The notes beneath the pieces are model-generated. The model searched no databases. It was not told the DNA's origin and worked only from the letters and a program-made list of their open reading frames with translations. Positions 12,501 to 23,529 of a DNA stretch of 55,494 nucleotides are shown here, piece after piece. The stretch comes from Neophaeotheca triangularis. Its lineage: Eukaryota. The stretch is from contig BAAIJX010000001.1 in the NCBI GenBank assembly GCA_054600435.1, positions 1,178,001 to 1,233,494 of the forward strand. Reading direction: 5' to 3'. Position numbers and translations under genes: made by a program. How positions within the stretch are numbered: the stretch's first letter is position 1; the number at the start of each line of letters is the position of its first letter.

Positions 12501-12706
12501 CTGCATCGCGAATTTCGAGATAGTGTACGTGAGAGCCGATAAGCTGCCGAGCTAAGGCTCTTGGAAGCAAGGTCAGTAGGCGTATTCGTAGTGTTTAAGC
12601 TCAAGTGAGTATACCTGTAAAGACTATAGCCATCAGGCTTCCGGGGACAGAACCCGCCGCCAGGTTCGGCTGCAAACTCGTAGTCGGTAAGATGAAGCTT
12701 TGACAT
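9556..12706 (-). CDS. Uncharacterised ~954-aa protein: N-terminal inactive OTU-like domain + DEDDy 3'-5' exonuclease + unknown C-terminal region
   Basis: Six exons: 12706-12615, 12559-11573, 11503-11235, 11178-10918, 10867-10555, 10498-9556 (2865 nt, one open frame, all GT-AG introns). Motifs: PDGYSLYRALARQLIG (OTU-like), SVDAEF (ExoI), LKLWWNPAQD (ExoII), GNIDL, AYLIGDV (ExoIII). The start codon is less certain than the rest of the model. Confidence 0.75.
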
Positions 12707-13846
12707 TGGCAGGTGTCGCTTTCGACTTGTCGATGTAAGTAGTTTTCGTGGAATTTACCAATGTTGAAGGAAGACCAAGTACGAGCAATGCAGGATAGAG
12801 TGCTTTGGAGAATGACCAAGGAGCTCAACGATCAATTGTCGCGGGATACAACTTACAATGCCGCAGCATCATTTTGAAAGAGTTGGCCGTTTCCGGCGGG
12901 ATGCTTTGTGTTCAGATGTCGGTCTCGGACAAAGAACGATAAGCACCTGAACATCGAGTGAAGGTACTCTCGAACACCAGAGCCCATTGTGCAGCACTTC
13001 CGGTCGAGCTTTGAGGTTTAGAAAGCATTGTTGGCACTGTTGTTGGGGACACCAGAGGCGTAGGGTCAGCCAGGCATTGTGTCGAGGCAGAATTCGCACT
13101 GTTCGACTTGATTGATAATGTCGCTCAAGCAACATTGCATGCAATCTTCTCGCTTATCACTGCTCTATGGCTGGTAATCTTGGTGGTCTTCGCCCCGCTC
13201 ACATGCGCTCGCATGGCGAATCGGCTTGCTGTTGGAATTTGAAGCCTGGTACACGGTTTTGGCGTTCTGCAACATACAGAAATCCGAGAGAACCACAGAG
13301 GGTGGAAAGGGGCACTGACAACCGCCTTACGTAGCGTGCAACCCCGTTCAAACCAACACGTCTGCCTTCACACGAGTCTGTTGAAGACTGCAGGTGATGT
13401 TGGGCTCGCCGGCTTGACACCTTCCCTTCGGAGAGACGGGCGCTTTTGTGGCATGGTTGAGCGTAGAAGCCGACATCTTACATTCTGTGACTTTCTCCAT
13501 TGCGACAGTAGTTTGATGAACGGGGTGGTGTTGCTGACGAAAAGATGCCCTGGTAATAAGTCCTAGGTGCGAGGGTGCCTTCCACTCGAAAAGGAAGTGA
13601 TGTCGTCCCCAGTCGTCCAGCCCAGCGTCGATTGGCCGGATGCGGAAGTACCTCATTAGGTATCTAGTGGGGCATCTTGGCATAACCTCTCGACGTCAGC
13701 TCCCAATGTCAAGCTGCATATGCGATGCGCCCAGCGATGGATCCTTTGGCAGACCTCGAGAGCCTTACCTGAAGTTCCCATGATGCCCTTGCACGACCAC
13801 GTAGCAATCTGCCTCCTGCTTTTGCAAGGGGATCAGAGAAACGAAG

Positions 13847-15396
13847 ATGGCCTTGGCAAACCTCCTTGAAGGCGTCAACACCTCGACCATACCAACTGTG
13901 GCATTGCTCGCGCTTGCATCGCTACTCTCCTATCGAGCCTTCCTCCACCCACTACGCGACGTTCCAGGACCCTTCATTTGTCGCCTGACTTCTCTCTGGA
14001 TCTGGTATCGCTCGTTCATCGGGGACGAATGCAGCCTCATCGTCAAGCTACACGATCAGTATGGGCCCTTTGTCCGCATAGGACCTGATGAGGTCGTAAT
14101 CTCCGACGGAGCGGCCTTACAACCCGTCTACAATGACAACGGAGGCTTCCTCAAAGCTCCGTGCTACTCGAATTTCGATTCCGAAGGACACTCGACGGTT
14201 TTCTCGACCACGGACCCAAAACACCGAAGCGCGAGGAGCAAGGCTGTGGCGTCCCTGTTCAGCATGAGCAATGTTCGAGCAAAAATACACCTAATAGAGG
14301 GGTCAGTGGACAGAATGGTAGAAGGGCTGAAGAGTGAGAAAGAAGGTAGCCTGAAGGCTTCACAAGAGCGGGGCAAGCCTGTCGCCGTGAACTTGTTGAA
14401 TCTTACAAGGAGCCTGGCCATAGACGCAACGTCTTCATTCCTGTTCGGCGTGCAATATGACGGTACCGATGGGAACTTGGATCGTTTGAACGTCAGTGCA
14501 TACATCGATTTCATAGTCACACTCGGACGAACCTTCTTCACCACCCCGCATTGGGTCCCAATGGTTGTTGATATGGTTTTGACGAAGCTTTACCCCAACA
14601 CAGAGTTCGAAAGCAGCGCACAGAAGGTCGACAGCTTCGCAGACAGCCTGGTCAAGAATTCTGGAAAAGACGATGCTACCTATCAGGCTCGCTTGCTCAA
14701 AGCCGGCATATCTCCGCATGAGACCAAGGTTCAGCTGCAAGACCTCATATTCGCAGGTACTGATAATACCGGCACCAATCTCGCTTCTTTGTGCTGGCGT
14801 CTGACTAAACACCCGGACATGTAAGCTGGTGAAGTCGCGCTTCAGCATCGACATACACTGACTTCAGAACCAGGTACAAACGTCTTCGCGCCGAGCTGGA
14901 AGAAGCCGAGTCGAAGAACAGCAGCTCAGCCAACTTCCATGACCTACCCTACCTCAACGCCATTGTTCGCGAAGGTCTTCGGACCAGCATGGCGAACCCC
15001 ACCCGCCTGCCACGCGTTGTTCCACAAGGAGGTTGGACCTTCACCTCCCACGCCAACAACCGCACCTACCATCTACCAGGCGGATGCCAAGTTGGATTGC
15101 AACTTCGGACCCTCCACTTCAACCCGGTCGTCTTTCCAGACCCTTTTACTTTCAAACCCGAGCGGTGGCTGGGAGACGTCTCTCATGCTATGCAGCGGGA
15201 TGCCATACCCTTTGGGATGGGCTCGAGACAGTGCATTGCGCGTAATCTAGCGCTGACGGAGTTGTTGCTTGCCGTCAGGGCTATTGCAAGGGAAGGAGTG
15301 CTGGAAGGGGCAAAAGCGGTAGGTGACAGGATTGAGATGAAAGAATGGTTTAGTAGCCAGGTAGTGGGAAGGAAGGTGGAGTTGGTCTGGAGTTGA
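13847..15396 (+). CDS. Cytochrome P450 monooxygenase
   Basis: N-terminal TM anchor plus HPLRDVPGP, I-helix AGTDNT, EGLR (ExxR), PERW and heme motif FGMGSRQCIA. One intron at 14821-14873. Confidence 0.95.
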
Positions 15397-15901
15397 GTTT
15401 GGATGTGGTCCTTGTCATCGGAATAGGCGGCGGGTTCCTGGCGTGCAGATTACGTTGTCTGACGTCTTTGCATTTGCTCAAATTGCCTGCAGCAGCGTGA
15501 TATTGCATTCTTGCTTTGACGTACGGTAGGTCAGCAATCCTTTCAGGCTCTCTTATCACCTTGCCGCATGAGGCTTCTCATCCCACGTTTGACTAGCATC
15601 ATGCCGACCTGTGAGGTCCCGCTGGCAAGGACATCGCCCACCCCTAGAGCTTCTCTAGTTCCGGCACTACGCACGCAGAAGCTTCGATTGCTTTTCTAAA
15701 GCCACCGCAGACTCACATTTGCATGATTCCTGCCTGGCTGACTGTCTCCCTAGACTTACGGCAATCCAGGATCGCATATCGGGTCAGTCTTCGGTCCGTC
15801 TGGAAGGTCAGCCTTCGAGGGTTTCGCGAAGGGTTCAAGGCTCGCGATTTATGAGTCAGGCTCTATAACCCCGCTCCTCCATCAGCAGCAAGTGCGCTTT
15901 C

Positions 15902-15933
15902 ATCTTCCCAGGGCTAAATCTTCCCAGGGCTAA
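15902..15933. repeat. Direct tandem duplication ATCTTCCCAGGGCTAA x2
   Basis: Two adjacent identical 16-mers in the intergenic region. Confidence 0.8.
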
Positions 15934-17868
15934 TTTAGCTTGTCAAGAGCACGTGGATTCCGGATACGCAAGGTGCCTTTGCTCTGAGGATCCATCGACC
16001 GGAGCACTCTGGCCTTGCCTCCGCCCGCTCGATAAGCTGTACTGTGTATGTACAGGATGGAGCACCGCTATCTTTGGACGCATGGACTACCGCAGTCAAG
16101 CCCCTTTGTTGTTCTCGTCATTCGTGATTGCTGGTTTCATGCACTTTGCCTTTGCTGGTAGAAAACAAGTTCTTTGTGGCTCTTTGTTGACCGGTGGGAC
16201 TTGCCTTTAGACGATATTGGGGCTTCTTCATCCAAGGAAGCTTAAATTCTCGCCACGACTGCGTGCTTTTGGAGACGATGCCTTTGTCCTTTTCAGATCG
16301 TTGCCAGCATGAGGTTGCTCCCGTGTCCTTCTAAGGCATCTGTGTCTCTGGAATTGCCATGATTAATACAGAAAAGCTAGCACGTTTCCCAACAGCGCGC
16401 CCATTGCTCGCACCTCTTCAATCAGGAGCGACGACGATCGCGCTCCAATCAAGCACTACAGGCTCTCACGGTAATGTGCGATCCTGAGTACGTTAGCAGG
16501 TGGTTACAGAATCATTGCGTGGATTCTAATGTCAGCTCGGTCTATGTCAGCCGCAGATGAAATATGCAGCCTGTTGCTTGTTTAACAGCTACGGCGCGGG
16601 CAGCAAGCTTGGTCAGTCCGCGACCGCCGTTCATCTTGTCGTCGTATGCAAGGCCACATTACTAGATCGAAACGGAAAAACGATCGAAGATTGGTGTGCA
16701 CTCCAACAAGGCTCCATCGTCCTGTACTTCTTGACGATATTACGACTAATACAACCATGTCCCCAAAAACGACACATTTCCACCTTTGCATCGAATCCGC
16801 CGCGCAGGTCGCATGCTTCAAGGCCAATTGAAGCATCTATCGAGCTCGGAATACTATTCACCTCGACTACGGACAGAGAGAGCTCTGCACCAGTTCGCAT
16901 TCATGGCCGACCAATCACTCATTGGCTTCAAAACGCTTTTAACTACCCTGCCGCGATGGTTCGACCCATGCTAGAACGTGCCCCGCTCTTTGACGCTTCA
17001 CTCAAACTTGCTTGATCGTCATCAGTAGTCACAAGAGAGAATTCACACCAGCACCACCGGCGCGACTACCGTCGCAACGTCGAGGAGGCCGCTGCATGGA
17101 ACAAGCCGAAACTCTTCGGCGTATCAGCGACCAAGCCGGATGGGTCATGAAGATTGAAGGCTACGGATCTGTTGGACGCAGCGAAGGTATACAAAGCTCT
17201 GAAAGATTAACAAAACAAAGTAAAGGAGGGGTTGTCGTGGACGAAGGTGGCGATCAAGGGGAAGGAGTAAGGGTAACAATCGAGGGAAGGCATCGGCGAC
17301 CGTGGATTGGGGGTTTAGTGGAGCCTTACAATCTGTTTTGATATCTTTCTTATAGCAGACAGACCCGAAGACAACCTTGGAAGTTGGGATATACACTACC
17401 ATACAGTTTTCATGCCACACAGGTTTCATGCCTGAGGCTTTCATAAGCCGCCTTGGCACCCGCTAACTTACACGGTACGTCGACCTCATCTCATCCCAAG
17501 TCTGCCTACACTATGTAATGATATCTCTTATGAATACTAGAGGCTGCATGCGGCACACCTTCGATATTGCACATGTATCCAAATGGCTTTCTACTCACCT
17601 GTGAGACATTAAGCCTCTCCCAAATACCCAAGTACTTAGGTATCGACGGTAAGTAGGTACATGCACCTGTGAACGAGGCTGCGTCTTGGCTATGCAGTTC
17701 ACAGCCCAGCTTCGCATGCTACATAAGGGCAGCCTTGCGCTGCGCCTTGTGCTTACTCTTCGTTCTCCTTCTCCACGCTTCCTGGATACCACTTCACTAC
17801 ACGCGGCCGATTCTGCGCAACTCTCGTCCCTAACTTCATAGCGGTCTCAAGACCTCTCTCGCACCAAA

Positions 17869-20818
17869 ATGGCTTTCGAGCTAGCCGCAGGAATTGTTGG
17901 CATCACGTCCCTAGCCGTGCAGCTCGCAGACTCGGCTCAGAAACTCCATGGCTACTGCCACGACTACAGTACCGCTCCGAAGCAGGTCAAAGACCTCGCC
18001 GAAGAAGTCGAGACATTGCGAGGATTGATTGAAGACCTTTCAGCACCGCAAGATGCAAATATTGGCACCGCGCATGTCCCTTCCACTCCTGCTACACTGA
18101 CGCATGACGAGCGATGCAGGCGCTGGTGTCTGTCAATCCAGGAAAACGTCGCAAGTGTTCTCCAAGAGCTTGAGCAAAATTTCGTGAAACATTCGCGGAG
18201 GACGAAAGTCAAGTTCATCTTCAAGAAGGAGCGTTTTGAAGAGTGGATGGAGAAGTTGGAGCGAGCAAAGTCCATGTTATTACTTGCGCGACAGCTCGAC
18301 CAAGGGTGAGTTCCGGCAAACAAGGCTGTAGGTCTCGAAGCCCACTAATGTGTTGCGTACTAAGCGAATCGGTTCGTCGGAAACTCGATGCTCTTTCGCA
18401 AAAGTCAGATCTGCTGGCAGCGGGTATTGCCGGCGTGAAACAAAGTGTCGACGCTGCAACAACCGGAATCCAGAATGTCGGGAACAACGTGGCGGCTGTA
18501 ATGACCTCGACCAACGTTATCGAGCAGGACATCACTACCTTGACGTCTGAGAGCATCAACAGTCGAGTGCAGCAAGCTCGAGATATGGATGTGGTTCAGA
18601 ACGGGCTTCATAACATAACAACACACATGGCGCAGCATTCGCAGGACGTGAGCTCCATTCTTGCCGACGCTCGATCTACTCAGCAAATCGTCGCCGAGCT
18701 GCCGCAACACCATCACAAATTCCAACGCAGGATGTCAGCCCACTCCGCCGACCAACGACATGCTAATGCTCAGATACTGGCTATTCTTCAGGGATTACAA
18801 CAGCGATCACATTCCGCTATGCAGTGCAACAATCGCATCGAGGACGTTACAGACTCGATTCACCGGGATGCCCGAGATACGGAGAGCCAGGTGGCACAGG
18901 TAGCTACCTCCTTTCCAGGTCAATGTCACACGACGGTCGTAAACACTGTAGAATCAACAGAGATCGATTTCGCAATCAGCCTTTTTCCGCCAAGCATGGG
19001 TTTCAAGCGCAGGTCCGAACGACGATCAGCCACGCAAACCCAAGCCTCCCAGGCTCTCAAGACAGTAGGGCCAAAGCGAAGCAAGAAAGAGACCGTTGCA
19101 TTTCGTATAAAGCTGCCAGCCGCATTCGTGCAGTATCAGTGGGGCCTCTACGTGGAGCGAGCGAATTCAACCTGGATACCTCACATTACGCCGTATTATG
19201 TACGAGACTTTGATTATACACTTATAGACATTCTTCAAGGTGATCCTGCGGAAAAGTTGCAGATGATGATTCGCTCCAAGAAAGCATCGCTTCGCGACAT
19301 CGACGTACACGGCAGGAATTTGTTGTGGGTACGTTATAAATTTCAAGGAGCTTTGTGAAGATGAATTCAATGTTAACCGGCTCGATAGTGGGCAGCGAAT
19401 GCGTTCAACGAGGGCATGATGACTTTTTTGCATGACCAGGGCCTACGGTTGGACGTGAAAGCTTTAACGACTGTGAGTCCCATTACACTCGGTGTAGGAG
19501 TCTAGACCCTTGTTGACACTCAAAGTAGCTAATCTCAAGGGCCGATGTTTTTAACAAAACAAGATTTCCACAAGCACTGGCACTCTGGCGCGGCCTTCTG
19601 GATGACGTGGATAGTGCCCGCTCTGAAGCGGTATTCCCTTCTTCGGATAGCATCAACGACTGCAGCGTGGAATACACCATGTTTCGTACTATACTAAGTG
19701 AAACCCGCCTAGCGGCCCTTCCGAACAGGGATAAAGCTTCATGTTTCCTATGGTGGCAGAGGTTGTCAGTTTGCGGACTCGAAATGATGCGGGATCTAGG
19801 TGTCGATGTCGAAGATCCCGAAATATACCATCTGAAGGATAGTAATGGGTTCAATCTAATGGCAATCGCTGCCCTGGGGAGGGGCTCTGGAGACCCTCAA
19901 AGTCTCCGTTGCTCAATCGCGGATTCTCTCATCTCAAACGCCATCAAGTGCGACAACTTCTGCCTGTTCGGGGCCGTTGTTGCGGATACCTGGGTGTGGG
20001 CCACGCCACTTAGCTGTTTCACAAATTGGGCTCCCATTTTCGAAGGGGTAGATGATACTTATAGAAGAAGCTCGACGGACAGATTGCAGGAATGGGCTGC
20101 CCTGGTCCAGGACCAAGGCATTGACCTACAGTTCTACGGAGATCATGAAGTGAAGCAAATCCGTAGGGCTAAGCTATCGTCATCGAAGAACGGCAACGAT
20201 TGCTGGTGCGGATGTAAGGTCTTATACTGTTGCATACTTAAACATTTTCTGGGAATCAACTACGGCACGAAGCCAGAGAATTGGCACTACTGGTTCCGGG
20301 AACACACCGATGAGTTCGCCGGCTATTTCTGGGACCTTGTCGAGCATCAAGAGCGCGCTACATACTTCACCTTCAAAGTGATCGACGCGAGCTCGAGGTT
20401 GGCAACCCTATACGAACATCTGCAACACGACTGTTCCCACCGAATACCGGGGAGCTGGCAGTCCCCAGCGTTCGCATCAGACGTGCTTCGCCCGGTTGAT
20501 GAAGTTAGCATGGTGAAAATCATTATGAATCTGCGCAGTTACCTTCCATTCGGTTACAGAGATGATGGGATATGGGGGGACGACAGAGAAGAAATTGACG
20601 ATTCTCGCTTCGAGGCCTTCGCCAACGCTATCGAAAGTGCGGAGCATGATAGAGATATCGCAGTCGCCGCGCTTCGTTTTCTCGACGTCTATCTCGGTGA
20701 TTGTCGCTGTGCAGAGCCCCCGGACTACTCATTCTGCAGAGACCTTGACTGCTTGCAGCCCTCTGAATTGGAGCAGGACGACCTTGCTGGCGACGATGAA
20801 TTCTTGACAAAAGCGTGA
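17869..20818 (+). CDS. Fungal HeLo-like/STAND-associated N-terminal domain protein with coiled-coil and degenerate ankyrin-like C-terminal region (~924 aa)
   Basis: Exons 17869-18305, 18365-19328, 19389-19472, 19529-20818 (2775 nt, open frame). The N-terminus MAFELAAGIVGITSLAVQLADSAQKL...APKQVKDLAEEVETL...KVKFIFKKERFEEWMEKLERAKSMLLLA has the pattern of fungal HeLo-like domains. DVHGRNLLWWAA and DSNGFNLMAIAA resemble ankyrin starts. Confidence 0.75.
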
Positions 20819-21730
20819 TAAAGTCGTCTGGAGGGATTCAATTGGGAAGCCGTCGAATGGCTAGCCTCAGCTGCCTCGCGAACGGGCCAATTCTCGAATG
20901 GGCCAAACTCTCGACTGAATCATACCCGGGCGCCGCAAGCTCCAGCAGGAAGCAGCGCTCTTATCATCCCGATACAGCAGCAAGCTTCTCGACTTGGAAG
21001 TGCTTCCTGGCGACATCTTTTGTAGTCTTTTGCCACTAGCACCGTGACAACGAACTGCTGGCTACATCACAGTGTAGGCGCACACGTCCACGATGACTGA
21101 GATAGATATTCACATTCACTCAGCCCACTGCTTACTGCTCGATCGAAGTTTCAACCGTCCCCGTCCACTTGACTCATGATGCCATGTACACTCAATTCAT
21201 CTGTCCCCGGCAATGATGATTTCATCTTCGTCAGTCCCAGAAAGGTGACTCCGACGCAAGAATAGATCGGAAAATGGCATACTCACATTATGTAGCCTAT
21301 CCTGGGTGTTGCCAGCCTCATCTTCCTCGGTAACAGTGGCATGTTGATGTCCCCCTTAGACCCCTTCTAAGTAGAGCGACGTCGAGCTTGACGGCAAGCC
21401 GACAAGTTTCAGGAGTTATTGGAAGATAGCTATCTGTAATGTGATATTCTAGGAATCCACAAAAAGGTTTCATCCTCAGTGCCTCCAACTTCATCGAAAC
21501 TCCAACCAAAGACAAAGCGTGCTTATTCATCAACAAGGCCGGATTAGGCAGGTCGTTGATACTCCCACGAAACCCAATGCCCAGCCAGGACAGCACATCA
21601 CGCCAAAGTGGGGTCAATAGCTCAACAGGTACTCGACCTCAATCGTTTGTTGCGATGGTAAGCCGGTACATTCCTTCTGCGGTGGCGTCCTCGACGTTTC
21701 GTCAATCTGCAACATCGTAGCAACCACAAC

Positions 21731-23529
21731 ATGCGTACCCTTTCCGCCGTGCTTCCATCCCTTTTCCTTTACCAGCTGGGCCTTGCCTCGCCTACGAGTT
21801 CCCACCACAAAGCTTGCGATCGTGCGAACAGCTATTCTGAGGGAAATGGACAGGACACTGTTGGGGCGGTGGCGTCCGAGAGCTCAATCTGCAGCAGAAT
21901 AGGCACCGATACCTTAAATGCTGGAGGAAATGCCGCAGACTCCATGGTCGCCAGCACCTTCTGTGTCGGGACGGTTGGTATGTACCATAGCGGCATTGGG
22001 GGAGGAGGCTTCATGCTCGTCAGGTCCAGCAACGGAACCTATGAATTCATCGACTTTCGAGAAACAGCGCCGGCCGCCGCGTTCCAGGACATGTACAACG
22101 AGACCAACGCTGGAGTAAACGGGAGTTTGCGATCTGGACTTGCTAGTGGCGTTCCTGGGGAGCTGCGGGGATTGGAGTACTTGCATGATAATTATGGAAA
22201 GTTACCATGGGCGGAGCTGATCAGGCCGTCCATCAAGTTGGCGCGGTATGGTTTTGAAGTTACGCAGGATCTGGTCGACTACATGGCCTCTGCGACGTCT
22301 GATATCGACAATTTTTTGGTCAACGAGCCCACTTGGGCTATCGACTTTGCTCCAAACGGCACTCTTCTAGGTCTTGGGGATTCGATCACTCGGAGACGTT
22401 ATGCCGACACCTTGGAGGCAATTGCAGATCGCGGTGCTGATGCTTTCTACGATGGACCTATCGCACAGGCCACGGTCAACACTCTGCAGGCTAATAACGG
22501 GACGATGAGCATGGAGGACTTGAAAAACTACACCGTAGCCATTCGAGAACCCGCCACTGTCGAGTACCGAGGAGAGTACAAGATTAGCAGTTGCAGCGCT
22601 CCTTCTTCCGGCGTCGTTGCCATGTCAGTTATGAACATCATCGAAGGTTATTCGACTATTGGCGAGGAAGTCGCGACCAATATCAGCACTCATCGCTTCG
22701 ACGAAGCCCTGCGATTCGCTTACGGACAACGCAGCGAGCTTGGTGACCCCCTTTTCGTCGATGGGTTGGACGAATATCAAGCGTCCATGCTCAGCGACGA
22801 AACCGCGGCAGAGATACGCTCTCGAATCTCAGACACAACAACACTCGATGTCAGCGCCTACGACCCTTCTGGCTATGAATCCCTTGAAACTCCAGGCACG
22901 AGTGGCCTGGTAACAGCAGACTCGGACGGTCTGAGCGTAGCATTGACAACGGTACGTAGCGCCCCTTTATAGATCACAGTACTCCAACGCTGACTCGTGT
23001 CAACCAGACAATCAACCTCCTCTTCGGCTCCAAACTAATGATACCCGAAACCGGCGTAATCATGAACAACGAAATGAACGACTTTTCGATCCCGGGCGCC
23101 TCCAACGCCTTCGGCTACATCCCCAGCCCGGCAAACTACATCCGCCCGGGCAAAAGGCCCCTGTCATCCATCTCGCCGACAATAGTAGAAACCAGCTCCG
23201 GAAAACTATACTACGCCGTAGCAGCCGCAGGCGGCAGCCGCATCATAACTTCCGTCCTGCAGAACCTCTGGAACGTGCTCGATCGTAACATGACAGCGAA
23301 GGAAGCCCTGGCGGCGCCAAGGTTACATGATCAGCTGGTGCCGAATCGAGCGACTTTTGAGTGGGCTTACGATAACTCGACTGTAGCGTACATGGAGAGT
23401 TTGGGGCACAATGTCACCTGGGTTGCGCCGGGACAGAGTGCGGCGCAGAGTTTGCGGTTGCTGGAGAATGGGACGTTTGAGGCTGCGGGCGAGCCGAGGC
23501 AAGAGAATAGTGCTGGGTTTGCGGTTTGA
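21731..23529 (+). CDS. Gamma-glutamyltranspeptidase, probably secreted
   Basis: GAVASESSICS, GGNAAD, SGIGGGGFML, IDFRETAP, GVPGELRGL, PGT(nucleophile)S, TTTINLLFGS across intron 22952-23007, NNEMNDFS, PGKRPLSS, AAGGSRI. Signal-peptide-like N-terminus. Confidence 0.95.

Noticed and set aside
15400..17860. Short ORFs and an intron-like GTACGT...CAG (16488-16556) between the P450 and HeLo-like genes
   Set aside because: I could not splice them into an open frame or recognise a domain. At most a decayed gene.
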